In this document: positions 1 through 13,204 of the stretch, piece by piece | Layout of the letters: the number at the start of each line of letters is the position of its first letter | Position numbering within the stretch: position 1 is the first letter of the stretch | DNA from: Planctomycetota bacterium | GTDB lineage: Bacteria > Planctomycetota > Phycisphaerae > Phycisphaerales > Phycisphaeraceae | DNA length: 45,515 nucleotides | NCBI GenBank assembly: GCA_029267795.1 | Contig: JAJUHR010000001.1 | Coordinates: 1 to 45,515, forward strand | Direction: 5' to 3' | The notes under the pieces: generated by a model | Seen by the model: the letters and a program-made list of their open reading frames with translations, nothing else | Database searches by the model: none | What the model was told of the DNA's origin: nothing | Program-made: the position numbers and the translations under genes

Positions 1-3516
<3,516 letters not shown>

Positions 3517-3520
3517 ACCC

Positions 3521-6349
3521 CTATACCTCCTTCGCCGGGAGGTACACGTAAACGCCCAGCACATCCGGTGGCAACTCGGGTCGAATTTCGTAGCGGACGC
3601 CCTGTATGCGCGCGGCCTCGCGGACGCGGCGGTGAGCGTCCAGAAGTTCCTCCCCGCGGCGGCGGGCGAGCTGCTCCAGTGTCGATTTGATGTGCTTGAA
3701 GTCGTCAAGCACCTTGCGGATGAAGTCGGCGGCCTGGCTTGGGGTGATGTTCTTCTTCGGTTCGGCCGCAAGAAGCCGTTCCGCTTGGTCATTATCCAGC
3801 CATTGCGCCTTGTCCGGCGAACCGGCAAACCCCGCCAGTTGGGAGTCCTCGGCTAGAAGCTCAGCGGTACGGTCGCCGCGACGGGTCAGGATGTGATAAC
3901 GGCAGCGTAGCAGAAGAAGCGTGGTCCAACGGTCCACGGCATCGGTGCGAATCGCGCCGCATCTGCGAGCCACGGTGCCCTCATTATCCAGAGCGGCGTT
4001 CAGGACATACTGAGCCAATCCCTCTACGATGGGATGCGTCCGGCTTAGGTAAAGTACGCCCGGATCCACGGGCAACTCGAACTTCGCCTTGAAGGTCTCC
4101 ACGAAGCCGCAGGCCTCACGGAGCGCGCGGGGGGTTTCGCGGAGGACGAATTCCACGCCGTCCGGCCTGTCCGTTGTGAACGCGCCGTAAGCCTGCAATG
4201 CCTGGCGCACGAAGGTCTCGACATCGGTCCCTGACCCGATAGCGGCGCGGACTGCCTCCATCTCGCGGGATACATCGTTCACGCGGGCTTGAATGCCTTC
4301 TTGGGCGAACATCGTCCGGGAGCATTTTTCCTTCTGGCTCACGTTCTCCCAGTCGGTATGCAGCCGAGCGCGTTCTTCACGAAGGAACTCGTCCATGCCG
4401 GGAAGCAGAGCCTGGGCCGACGCACCCGCGCGTTCCCGGAGCAGCAACCCCTCGAAGATGGCCTCAACGACGGCGTTGGTGTCGGCGGGAACGGGCACCG
4501 AGACGCCTAGCGAGTTGCGGATGGTCTTGTGCTTGCGGAGAAGCACGTCCAAGACAAGCCCGTCAATCTGGTTGTCGATGCCATAGTAGGTCAAAGAGCG
4601 GACGGTCTTGCTGGCCTGCCCGTAGCGGTCTACACGTCCGTCGCGCTGCTCGTGACGTGTGGGATTCCAGGACAGGTCGTAGTGCACGACCGCGTTGAAG
4701 TATTGCTGTAGGTTGATGCCTTCGCTGAGGCAGTCGGTGCAGACCAGCACACGGGGCGAGGACTCGGCCAATTGGCGGACGCGAAGCTCTCGCTCGTCTG
4801 GCGGGAGCAATCCTGTAACTGCTATCACGGCGGTCTTGCTCCCAAGGCGTGAGCGGAGTTCTTGAGCAACGTACTCGGCCGTGGGGATGAAACGGCAGAA
4901 GATAATCGGGTTATAACCGTCATGGATAATGTCCTTGACAAGGGTCACGGCTTTCAGGAGTTTCGCATCGGAGTCGCTGCCCAGCCCCTCTGCTTGGCGG
5001 GCAAAGTCCAACAAGCGACGCCGGACGGCATTGTCAGGAGCCGCCTCCTCGCTGGGATCGCTGCCTGGAACCACGTCGGCGGTTTCGGCCGAGTCGGTGT
5101 CCTCCTGGTCAAGGACCATGCGCCGTCCCACCTCATCGGCCTCCTCCCACGTCTCGGTATCAGCGGAAGCCGAGCGGTTGCGGAGAGTAGCTGCGGCGGC
5201 AGCGGGACTGGAAGCCAAGGAGCGCAAAAGTGCCAGCGCTGACCACCAGCGGACACGAAGGCGATGTTGTCCGCCGGTGCGGTCGGCGACGATCTCCCGC
5301 GCGTAATTCAGCACGCGTTCAAACAGGTTCTTGTATTCCGGGGTGAGCTTGTAGTGTTCCTCGCGGTCTTCGCGGTCAGGGAACACCGTCTCCTTGTCAA
5401 GGAAGTGGCGGATATCTGCCCGGCGACGCTGAACGAAATGCGCGGCAAGCCGGCGACGATGCTTCTCGTTCTCCGGCCCGCCCAGGTCGTCAGGGAGGCT
5501 GGCGAAGTCCGCATTCAGGAAGCACAGGAGGGAGCGGAAGGCCCCTTCCTTCCCGCTGTGCGGCGTGGCCGTAACGAATACCATGTGGCGCGACGCGCTG
5601 GCGGCAAGCGCCTTGACCAATGAATATCGCTGATGTCTGCCGCTCCTGGTGTTCTCCTCCCATGCGGACGAGTGGGCTTCATCGACGATGACCAAGTCAG
5701 GGCAAGTGCGGATGAACTCGTCGCGCCGTCGGTCGGACTTGATGTAGTCGATGGAGACAACAGTGATGGGGTGCACGTCAAAGATGGATTGGTCGCCGCG
5801 ACATTCCCGTTCGAGTCTTCGGACCGTGCCCGGCAAAACCAGTCGAGCGTCGATATTAAACTTCTCGGCCAATTCGCGTTGCCACTGCTCCGCGAGGTGC
5901 GGAGGCGAAAGCACCGCCATTCGCTGGCACTCGCCGCGGTCCATAAGCTCGCGGGCGATCAGCGCGGCCTCGATGGTCTTGCCCACCCCGACGTCGTCGG
6001 CAATGAGCAGTCTGACGGGGTCGAGCTGAAGGGCCATCAACAACGGCACAAGTTGGTAAGGCCGCGGTTCCACCGCGATTCTGCCGAAGGAACGGAATGG
6101 TCCCGCGCTTGAACGGAAGCCCAATCGAAGTGCGTCGCGCAACAGACGGCAGGACCGATAGTCGCCAGATTGCGCCGGATCAGGAAGGGTAAAACTCGCG
6201 GGGTCGACCGACTCTATAGCGGTACATATACCTGCGATTTCATCGTCAGTTCCGCCGAGCGGGCGTAGAACTAGAAGACGCTCCGTAGACTCGGGAAGGA
6301 CAATCCACTCCCGACCGCGGGTTCGCACCAATGAACCGACCGCATGCAT
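3521..6349 (-). CDS. SNF2-family helicase (DISARM DrmD-like)
   Basis: ORF track 3521..6400. Motif I DDVGVGKT, motif II VIVDEAHSS, FVTATPHSGK, motif VI HEQRDGRVDRYGQ. The preferred start is ATG 6349-6347 (MHAVGSLVRTRG), which overlaps the upstream stop as TGATG. Confidence 0.9.
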   Translation of the reverse strand: MHAVGSLVRTRGREWIVLPESTERLLVLRPLGGTDDEIAGICTAIESVDPASFTLPDPAQSGDYRSCRLLRDALRLGFRSSAGPFRSFGRIAVEPRPYQLVPLLMALQLDPVRLLIADDVGVGKTIEAALIARELMDRGECQRMAVLSPPHLAEQWQRELAEKFNIDARLVLPGTVRRLERECRGDQSIFDVHPITVVSIDYIKSDRRRDEFIRTCPDLVIVDEAHSSAWEENTRSGRHQRYSLVKALAASASRHMVFVTATPHSGKEGAFRSLLCFLNADFASLPDDLGGPENEKHRRRLAAHFVQRRRADIRHFLDKETVFPDREDREEHYKLTPEYKNLFERVLNYAREIVADRTGGQHRLRVRWWSALALLRSLASSPAAAAATLRNRSASADTETWEEADEVGRRMVLDQEDTDSAETADVVPGSDPSEEAAPDNAVRRRLLDFARQAEGLGSDSDAKLLKAVTLVKDIIHDGYNPIIFCRFIPTAEYVAQELRSRLGSKTAVIAVTGLLPPDERELRVRQLAESSPRVLVCTDCLSEGINLQQYFNAVVHYDLSWNPTRHEQRDGRVDRYGQASKTVRSLTYYGIDNQIDGLVLDVLLRKHKTIRNSLGVSVPVPADTNAVVEAIFEGLLLRERAGASAQALLPGMDEFLREERARLHTDWENVSQKEKCSRTMFAQEGIQARVNDVSREMEAVRAAIGSGTDVETFVRQALQAYGAFTTDRPDGVEFVLRETPRALREACGFVETFKAKFELPVDPGVLYLSRTHPIVEGLAQYVLNAALDNEGTVARRCGAIRTDAVDRWTTLLLLRCRYHILTRRGDRTAELLAEDSQLAGFAGSPDKAQWLDNDQAERLLAAEPKKNITPSQAADFIRKVLDDFKHIKSTLEQLARRRGEELLDAHRRVREAARIQGVRYEIRPELPPDVLGVYVYLPAKEV

Positions 6350-9300
6350 CAGGCTTTCCCTCCGAAGATATCCGGGTGCCTGGCGATGATGCTTTGCCAA
6401 TCATCGTCATGGGAGAAGCGCACCACCGTCCACCCCTGCTCGGTCAACAACGCTTCTTGCTGACGGTCACGCTGCGCTCGCTCGGGAAACTGGTGGTGAG
6501 GACCATCCACGTAGACGGCGCAGTACAGGTCGCCATAAGAAAAATCAGGCCGGGAGTTGCATTCCTCGATTCGCTTCTGTGCGTGCGTTGGCAGGCGGTA
6601 ATTATGTTCGTCCATAAATCGAAGCCAGCGACGTTCCAATTCCGTATCGCATCTGCGCAGAAGCTGCTCAACATGAGCCACGCGCGTTCCTGAACCACCG
6701 GAAATCCGCACTGTCCCGTTCGCAAGATTCCGAAGGATGTCCGCAATAACCTTTCGGTCCAGAAATTCGTGGTCGGGCTGATTGGTATAACTCATGAGGC
6801 AGTCGTAGCAGGCCGCTTCACAATCTTCCTTGGCGGCAGGTCCACGCTGCAAGTCCTGGCCGGTCGCCGGATCGAAATGGCAAGCGGATAAGGCCGTCTC
6901 GGCGACATGTTTCATGGTGGTCGCGTCTTCCACAAAGCGACGCAAGACGCCCGCGCCGCCCTCGGCCGATTCGTAGAAGAGAAGGGAACGCCGCTCCTCA
7001 AAATTCGGCAGAGGTTCAGCGGCCAACTCATCGTCCTCCAGCTCGAACCAGTTCTGAATGGCGCTCTTGAGGGCCGCTTGGAGAGATGCCATAAGCCCGA
7101 CGCTCGCGGCATCCCGGAGTTCGAAAATAAGACAGTTACGGCGGTCCTCGACGTAAGGAATCACACGCACCCGACGTGGGCTCATCGGGTCATCGTCCTC
7201 GGCCGTTTCATCGTCGCTGCGAGCCCAATAGCCGCGCTCCACGTCGAGGACAAACCCAGTTTGCTCTTGGTGCTTGCGCCGCCGCCAGCCGAGGTTGATC
7301 CGCCACAATGTGGCTGCGTGCCCATAGTACATCGTTGCAACCGGATTTCCGTCTAACTCCACTGTGGCCGTTCTGAAGGATGCTGCTCCCTCTCGCTCGG
7401 CGAACCGTATCGTGGTTCTCAGGTCGTATCCTTGACGCAAGCGTTCTTCTTCATCGCAGTTGATCCGGTCGCGCCGTTTCGTGACGACACTCTGGAGCCG
7501 GAAGAGTTGGCGAAGCGGCGGCCCCAGCCGGGTCCGGCAACGTTCACAGGTGTCGGGACCATTGCCATCCGTCGACATGTGCATGTAACCGCATTGTGGA
7601 CAGATCAGGGCGACGCGCGTGCGAAGGTCGCCTTCCTCTTCCTGGACCGGCAGAATGACTTGGTTGATGATGTAGCGTGAGCCCTCATGGTAAATAATAG
7701 CTCGAGGTCCGAACTCGGAAATCGCCAGGAAACGGGGGCGGGAGACGAAGTCGTCTCGATTGGCCCGAAGACGACGTCCAGGAATATAAGCCGACAGCGG
7801 CAGCCGCGGAAAGCTGTACCCAGGCAGAAATCCTTCGCTGGCGAAGTAGCGATAGCTATAGAAGTCCGACTGGATGATATTCTCCGCGTCCGTCAAGAGC
7901 CGCAGTTGCGCTTCTGCGTCTCTCCGCAGGCGATGAGCTTCCTGTTTATCCTGCGGACTGCGTGATGCGTCCAAGATGATCTGATTCTGCCTTTGCGCCT
8001 GACTGAACGCCGACCGATACAAGCCCCTCCACCGCTCGCAAGCACGGTCAAACTCCCTGCCGACATGGGCAAAGACGGCATCCAACCATGCGCCGTTGAA
8101 ACACACGGCGGCCTCAGCATCGTTACGGATAGTCTGAAGAACACGGTCTGCTCTTTGACGGGCGCGCATCTTGGCGGTGTCATCGCCAATCGCCGCTTTG
8201 ACATGCGACTGAAGCGCCAACGATGGCGGGTCCCCCGCGAGGTCCAAGATGTCCTTCAGCGAGGTGCCAAGTGAAAGTCCGGTTTCCGCCAACCAGAGCG
8301 CCTGAACATGCGACCGCACCAAATCCTCGTTTGCCAGGTCGATCTGCGGAGGAGAAACGATTCCGCCGACCATTTTTTCCTGCCGTCGGTAGAAATATTG
8401 GTCGTGGGGACTGCCAGAGGCACAGTAGGTGAAAACGATCGCGGGTTGTCCGCTCCGACCCGCTCGGCCACTCCGCTGGGCATAGTTTGCCGGAGTGGGA
8501 GGTACGTTGCGCATGTTTACGGTGTTAAGCTGGGCTATGTCGATACCCAGTTCCATCGTCGGCGAACAGTAAAGGATTGGCAGACGCCCCGCGCGAAAGG
8601 CATTCTCCCGCGCCTGACGATCCTCATAGGAAACTTGTGCTGTATGTTCCCGCGCTTCAATCCCACGGGTCTGTGCCGCCATCGTCCGGTAGTATTCTTG
8701 GAAGAATGCGTTGGGCTGTCTGCCTTCTGATGGCATCGTGGGCTGGCGAATAGGATCGTAGTAAGCCCTGGTCCCATCTCCGGCCTTCCATGTCATGGAG
8801 TCAGCCAAGAGCTGATATCCTGGCATTTCACCGGTATCATGTGGTTCGCGGACAACAGTAATGAGGCCGCCAATCTGAAGCGCGTTAAGCAAGCCTTCGA
8901 TGATGTGTGATGTGTCATCCAGAGACAAACGGCCAGCACCGAGCGTTTGCGGCCGACGCAGATATTGCCCGAATCCGCTTCTTGGTGACAGGTAAAGGTC
9001 GCCGCCGTAATCCTGGTTCCTGCGATAGGCTCTGGGATACAGGACAGCCGCATGCTCAAGATCACGAACTTGCTCGTTCTCATCAAATCCCCAAGGCGGA
9101 AGCAATTTCTGGCTACTCTGCAGTAACAGTCGTTCTTGGAATGCCTGATCGAGGTATTCCACCTTGATGGCGAGACTGCGTCGCATCAGGTCCAGAAGTA
9201 CCCGACAGATATCGACGCGCTGATTCACGGAGGCGTGTGCCAACGCTGGGTGCGAAGTTTTCCAAATGTCGTCGGCTTGACAGACTTCACGCAGATAGGG

Positions 9301-11520
9301 GTACTCAATGACCAATAGACCGACCTGCTCAAGGTTCGGAGCCGTGATGCGCCAGCCACACAAGAGGTCTCGGTACAGGCGATAACCCAGTACGCTCCGC
9401 AAGACCCTGTTGGTGTCTTCTCTCGCCTGGAACCGAGCACTGGGATCGCTCGCATAATCCTCAAACGCGAGCCCGAGCGATTCAAATACCCGTATGGCAA
9501 GCTCATCGTGCCGAAGCCCGGAAGCCTCCACCTTCACGGCGGCGCGGTAAAGCGCCGCGCGCAGACGTCCAACTTCCACGAAATCATTAAGATGGCCTGC
9601 CTGCAAGGATGCATCCTGCCGATTGTCCGTAAAGCTGAGGAGTTTTCTGGCTTCATCGGATAATGGCATTTCCCGCAGATGGATGATTGCGGAAAGACTG
9701 AGAATGGTTGTTGCCGTGCTACGACCACCTGCACCCAGCGAACTCAGTTTTTGGAAGTCCGATCCTTGCCGAAAACCGTAAGATACCCCACATCGCAAGC
9801 AGAAACGGAAAGGCGCGGGGACATACCAGGCTGTCAGGCCGTCTGCGGCGACGCGCCCATCAGATGAAACGCGTAGCTCCTGCGGCAGTTCCTTGCGCCG
9901 TCGGGTTGGCAGTTTTCCATCGGCATCAAGCCAGTCATCAGGCAGTCTGGACCGGAACTCGTCGCCTTCTTGAGGCCAAGGATAATCAGTGCTGGCATAG
10001 AGGAACCCGGGCACACTGTCGGGCTCATGATGGGTATCCGAGAGTTCTCGGGGAAGAAGGTGTTCACCCCCAGACGGTTCACGGGGTTCTCTCCGAACGC
10101 AATAGTATTCCTGGCCGCACTCACGGCAGAAAACAAGCGGCAGGAGAATCCGGCTTCTATCGCCCGGGACGAACTGCTGACCGTGAAGCGTGATGTACCG
10201 GTCGGCTTCTGGTTGCAGAGACGCATACGCGGTATCGCCACGACTAATGAATTGGTGAACCCGGAAGGCAAACACCGGAAAGCCAGTTTCTGGATGGGGG
10301 CAAGCGTGACCCACCAGAAGCATCTGCTGAATCGCGCGGGCGCATTCCGCAACAGAGCAGCCGGTAAGGTGATGGAGATCTGTCGCCGCACCATTCTCTC
10401 CGGTGATGCTGCGGGGAATCTGGCGAACCAGACGGCCTGTTTCATATTCACGACGGATACCGAATGTGGTTTCGATCCAAGAAGCAAGTGGGTCGGAGAC
10501 CAGGTCCTCAAAGGATACAGATGGCTTCACAGAACCAGCGGCCACCCGTGCGGCAAGGCGACGCCGGTGTTCCGGGTCGGCAATATCTTCTTCCGGCGTC
10601 ACACGTCGGAGCGTTTCTCCGATAATCTCCTGAGGTCGGACTTCCGCACCGAAAAATCGGGTTGCAACGCGCGCCACTTCCTTCTGTTGGGCTACCCACG
10701 AGTCGCCGCTGGCCAGAGTAGCTGATGTTCCAACGCATTGCAGCCAGTCCGCCGAAAAGACATCTCTGGCGCGCCGGATGAGCATGGCAACATCGGCGCC
10801 CTGGCGTCCGCGATAGGTGTGCAGTTCATCGAGGACCAAGAACCGCAAGCCGGAAGCGGCCCGTACCAATGGGCGCTCTATCGGCCGGGTAAGCAACAGC
10901 TCAAGCATCACGTAGTTGGTGAGCAGGATGTCTGGTGGGTTGGCTACGATCTCATCCTGTTGGTCCTTCGACTCCTGACCAGTGTAGCGACGGAAAGTTA
11001 CGGGGCTCTTGCCTTCTGGGAAACCGAATTTGAGAAACTTCTCCAGTTCATTGACCTGGCTGTTTGCCAGGGCGTTCATCGGATACACAATCACGGCTTG
11101 TATGCCGTGTCCACTCCCATTCTGCAAGACGTGGTCAACGATGGGAACTATGTAGGCCAAACTCTTGCCTGATCCTGTGCCCGTCGTTAAAACATAGTTG
11201 CGTCCTGAGGCAGCCACTCTGATGGCATCAGCTTGGTGCCTGTGCAGTCTGAGCGTCCGGCCAGTATCTGACGATCCAGATTTCAGGCGAAACACGCGAC
11301 GGCATCCGTCGTGAAGTATCTTGGCGTCGACGAGGTCATCGACGGTCTCGCCGGGCTCAAAGCACGGGTTGAGCTGAATCAAAGGATCAGGCCAGAGAAG
11401 CCCGGCAGCTATCTGCTGATTGACCTCCTGGCGAACACGCTCGTCGCGGATATTGATGAAGCTGTTAACGAACGAGGCGTAATCCTCAATGAGCTTTTCG
11501 CGGAGTTCAAAGACGTTCAC
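6349..11520 (-). CDS. 1723-aa DEAD/DEAH-box helicase fused to a DUF1998 (MrfA-type Zn-binding) domain and a C-terminal Vsr/DUF559-like restriction-endonuclease-fold domain (DruE-like, or a fused DrmA/DrmB-like protein)
   Basis: GTG start at 11520 overlaps the upstream stop as GTGA. Motif I TTGTGSGKSL, motif II VLDELHTYRG, GTSATL, motif VI QRSGRAGRSGQ. Internal CxxC pairs CRECGQEY and CLRCGVSY. DUF1998-type cysteines CPQCGYMHMS...CERCRT (about 7530-7614) and CEAACYDCLMSYTNQPDH (about 6781-6830). C-terminal RPDFSYGDLYCAVYVDGPHHQF...RDRQQEALLTEQGWTVVRFSHDD (about 6352-6680). Confidence 0.88.
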   Translation of the reverse strand: MNVFELREKLIEDYASFVNSFINIRDERVRQEVNQQIAAGLLWPDPLIQLNPCFEPGETVDDLVDAKILHDGCRRVFRLKSGSSDTGRTLRLHRHQADAIRVAASGRNYVLTTGTGSGKSLAYIVPIVDHVLQNGSGHGIQAVIVYPMNALANSQVNELEKFLKFGFPEGKSPVTFRRYTGQESKDQQDEIVANPPDILLTNYVMLELLLTRPIERPLVRAASGLRFLVLDELHTYRGRQGADVAMLIRRARDVFSADWLQCVGTSATLASGDSWVAQQKEVARVATRFFGAEVRPQEIIGETLRRVTPEEDIADPEHRRRLAARVAAGSVKPSVSFEDLVSDPLASWIETTFGIRREYETGRLVRQIPRSITGENGAATDLHHLTGCSVAECARAIQQMLLVGHACPHPETGFPVFAFRVHQFISRGDTAYASLQPEADRYITLHGQQFVPGDRSRILLPLVFCRECGQEYYCVRREPREPSGGEHLLPRELSDTHHEPDSVPGFLYASTDYPWPQEGDEFRSRLPDDWLDADGKLPTRRRKELPQELRVSSDGRVAADGLTAWYVPAPFRFCLRCGVSYGFRQGSDFQKLSSLGAGGRSTATTILSLSAIIHLREMPLSDEARKLLSFTDNRQDASLQAGHLNDFVEVGRLRAALYRAAVKVEASGLRHDELAIRVFESLGLAFEDYASDPSARFQAREDTNRVLRSVLGYRLYRDLLCGWRITAPNLEQVGLLVIEYPYLREVCQADDIWKTSHPALAHASVNQRVDICRVLLDLMRRSLAIKVEYLDQAFQERLLLQSSQKLLPPWGFDENEQVRDLEHAAVLYPRAYRRNQDYGGDLYLSPRSGFGQYLRRPQTLGAGRLSLDDTSHIIEGLLNALQIGGLITVVREPHDTGEMPGYQLLADSMTWKAGDGTRAYYDPIRQPTMPSEGRQPNAFFQEYYRTMAAQTRGIEAREHTAQVSYEDRQARENAFRAGRLPILYCSPTMELGIDIAQLNTVNMRNVPPTPANYAQRSGRAGRSGQPAIVFTYCASGSPHDQYFYRRQEKMVGGIVSPPQIDLANEDLVRSHVQALWLAETGLSLGTSLKDILDLAGDPPSLALQSHVKAAIGDDTAKMRARQRADRVLQTIRNDAEAAVCFNGAWLDAVFAHVGREFDRACERWRGLYRSAFSQAQRQNQIILDASRSPQDKQEAHRLRRDAEAQLRLLTDAENIIQSDFYSYRYFASEGFLPGYSFPRLPLSAYIPGRRLRANRDDFVSRPRFLAISEFGPRAIIYHEGSRYIINQVILPVQEEEGDLRTRVALICPQCGYMHMSTDGNGPDTCERCRTRLGPPLRQLFRLQSVVTKRRDRINCDEEERLRQGYDLRTTIRFAEREGAASFRTATVELDGNPVATMYYGHAATLWRINLGWRRRKHQEQTGFVLDVERGYWARSDDETAEDDDPMSPRRVRVIPYVEDRRNCLIFELRDAASVGLMASLQAALKSAIQNWFELEDDELAAEPLPNFEERRSLLFYESAEGGAGVLRRFVEDATTMKHVAETALSACHFDPATGQDLQRGPAAKEDCEAACYDCLMSYTNQPDHEFLDRKVIADILRNLANGTVRISGGSGTRVAHVEQLLRRCDTELERRWLRFMDEHNYRLPTHAQKRIEECNSRPDFSYGDLYCAVYVDGPHHQFPERAQRDRQQEALLTEQGWTVVRFSHDDDWQSIIARHPDIFGGKA

Positions 11521-12899
11521 CGCATCACCTCCCAGTGCCCGCCCTTGGCCGGGCCAACGCGGCGAAGACGGCTAGCGGCCTTCAGAGCGGCAATCTGTTT
11601 CTCGACGGCTCGCGGGGTCAAGCCCAGGGCATCGGCAATTTCCCGAGCGCTTGCCGTGTCTCGTTTCCGCAGGATCACCAGGATTTTCTCCGAACTTTTC
11701 TCCGAACCATCTCCGAACTTTTCTCCGAACCTCTTCTCCGAATCGGGTTCTCCCTCCTTCAGGGCGAACTCAGGCGACCGGTGGAATATCGCCCGGAAAA
11801 ATCCGTCCGGCTCGAAGGTCGGCTCGCGGAGTCCCGCCGCAACCATGATCTCCTTCATTTTGCGGATTCCCATACCGATGCGCTCGACCTTGTGCATACG
11901 GAAGAAGAGGTCAGCGATGAGCTCGTTCCTTCGGATCGAGACCGTACCGAGTTCCCGAACCGATAGGCCCTTCGGCAGACCGCCGGGGTTCACGATCTCC
12001 ACGCGGTCGTCATAGACCTCCACGCTTACCTGCGTACCCGTGATGCTGTAGTCCCGGTGCATGAGCGCGTTTACCACAGCTTCGCGCAGAACCTCGAGGG
12101 GAATCTCGTAGATGTCCTCACGGTTTACACCTCGGATTTCACTGCGGACGTTCAAATGCCTCTTGAGGAAGGCGACGGCTTCGTTGAACTGGGTGAGCAG
12201 GTCGTCGCGCACGTCGCGCCGGTCGTAGATGTGCAGACGGTCCGTTCCCTTGAACGCCAGAAGCGTCATTTGCGCCTGATGAAGGTGCTCATGGACGTCC
12301 TTGGCGAAGAAGAGGATGCCAGAGTTCTTGACCCGCGTCTCGTCCGCCACCTTGAGGCTGCGTAGGAAATCGGGCACGGCGGTTCGGCCGATGCGGATGC
12401 CCGCCTCCTTGATGAAGGCGCGTACCTTGGTCTTGGAGACGTCGTCGAAGGCGAAGCCTTTGACCGTTTTTTCCTCGAACGGGAGCAGCTCGTTCTCTGC
12501 GAACATGATGCGCAGCTCGTCATGGCTCATCTTCTGTGTGTTACCGTCGAGCCGCCGGTAGTAGCCGGAGCCGCAGGAGTACGGCTTCTCCGTGCCTTCC
12601 GGCACGACAACGGCCACGACCTCGCCGACCTGCGCAAGCTCGACGGAGATGGTCGGCTTGCAGTTTCGCGCCAGGCTGTTGATTTTGGCCTTCAGGTCGT
12701 TGCTCAGGCGCTCGCCGACGATGGTCCCGCCATCCCGTACGCCGAGGAGGAGCGTCCCGCCCTTGGCGTTGGCGAAGGCCACAATGTCCTCATCGATGCG
12801 CGGGGTGTACCGCTCCTTGAACTCCACGGTGAGGCCTTCGCCCTCGCGGATAAGGAGCTTCACTTGGTCGGCGGTGATGGTGCAATCCGTGCGCTTCAC
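11517..12899 (-). CDS. Schlafen/AlbA_2 DNA-binding domain, HATPase_c_4 and C-terminal wHTH protein (the family often mis-annotated as RecG-like); putative regulator or sensor
   Basis: LIREGEGLTVEFKE and IVAFANAKGGTLLLGV (AlbA_2). REAVVNALMHRDY (HATPase_c_4). C-terminal ILVILRKRDTASAREIADALGLTPRAVEKQIAALK (wHTH). The preferred start is GTG 12899, which overlaps the HTH gene stop as GTGA. The ORF track extends the ORF to 12968. Confidence 0.8.
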   Translation of the reverse strand: MKRTDCTITADQVKLLIREGEGLTVEFKERYTPRIDEDIVAFANAKGGTLLLGVRDGGTIVGERLSNDLKAKINSLARNCKPTISVELAQVGEVVAVVVPEGTEKPYSCGSGYYRRLDGNTQKMSHDELRIMFAENELLPFEEKTVKGFAFDDVSKTKVRAFIKEAGIRIGRTAVPDFLRSLKVADETRVKNSGILFFAKDVHEHLHQAQMTLLAFKGTDRLHIYDRRDVRDDLLTQFNEAVAFLKRHLNVRSEIRGVNREDIYEIPLEVLREAVVNALMHRDYSITGTQVSVEVYDDRVEIVNPGGLPKGLSVRELGTVSIRRNELIADLFFRMHKVERIGMGIRKMKEIMVAAGLREPTFEPDGFFRAIFHRSPEFALKEGEPDSEKRFGEKFGDGSEKSSEKILVILRKRDTASAREIADALGLTPRAVEKQIAALKAASRLRRVGPAKGGHWEVMR

Positions 12900-13123
12900 T
12901 GCCGCGCCTCCCGCTTGGCCTTTTGTTCCTCTTTCTCCCTGATTCGGTCTAGCCGCGAGGCCAGCCAACAGTCGATGACGTCGCGGTGGAAGCGCCAGTG
13001 CTTACCCACCTTCTGGCCGGGCAAGCTGCCTTCTTGAGCCAACTTATACAAGGTGCTCTTGGAGACCTTGAGATATCCTGCAAGCTCCTCGATGGTCATT
13101 ACATCGCCGGAGTCCAATGCCAT
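12896..13123 (-). CDS. Small excisionase-family (MerR-like) helix-turn-helix DNA-binding protein
   Basis: MTIEELAGYLKVSKSTLYKLAQEGSLPGQKVGKHWRFHRDVIDCWL. The preferred start is ATG 13123 (MALDSG), preceded by GAGGAG. The ORF track starts at 13168. Confidence 0.8.
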   Translation of the reverse strand: MALDSGDVMTIEELAGYLKVSKSTLYKLAQEGSLPGQKVGKHWRFHRDVIDCWLASRLDRIREKEEQKAKREARQ

Positions 13124-13174
13124 TTCATGCTCCTCGTCTCCACGCGAGCCAGTATTGGTCTCAAACAAACTTCG

Positions 13175-13204
13175 CCATTATCAGTTTCTATCAGTTGTTG
13201 TCAA
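13175..13204 (-). promoter_or_regulatory. Candidate sigma70-type promoter of the HTH-to-methyltransferase operon, overlapped by a direct repeat
   Basis: The minus strand reads TTGACA (13204-13199), an 18-nt spacer, then TAATGG (13180-13175). The spacer holds two copies of AACTGATA (+ strand TATCAGTT at 13179-13186 and 13189-13196) at a 10-bp period. Confidence 0.4.

Noticed and set aside
9708-10725. Long alternative-frame ORFs (9834..10511 -, 9970..10725 +) inside the large helicase gene
   Set aside because: They have no recognisable motifs and are fully embedded in a motif-rich 1723-aa ORF.
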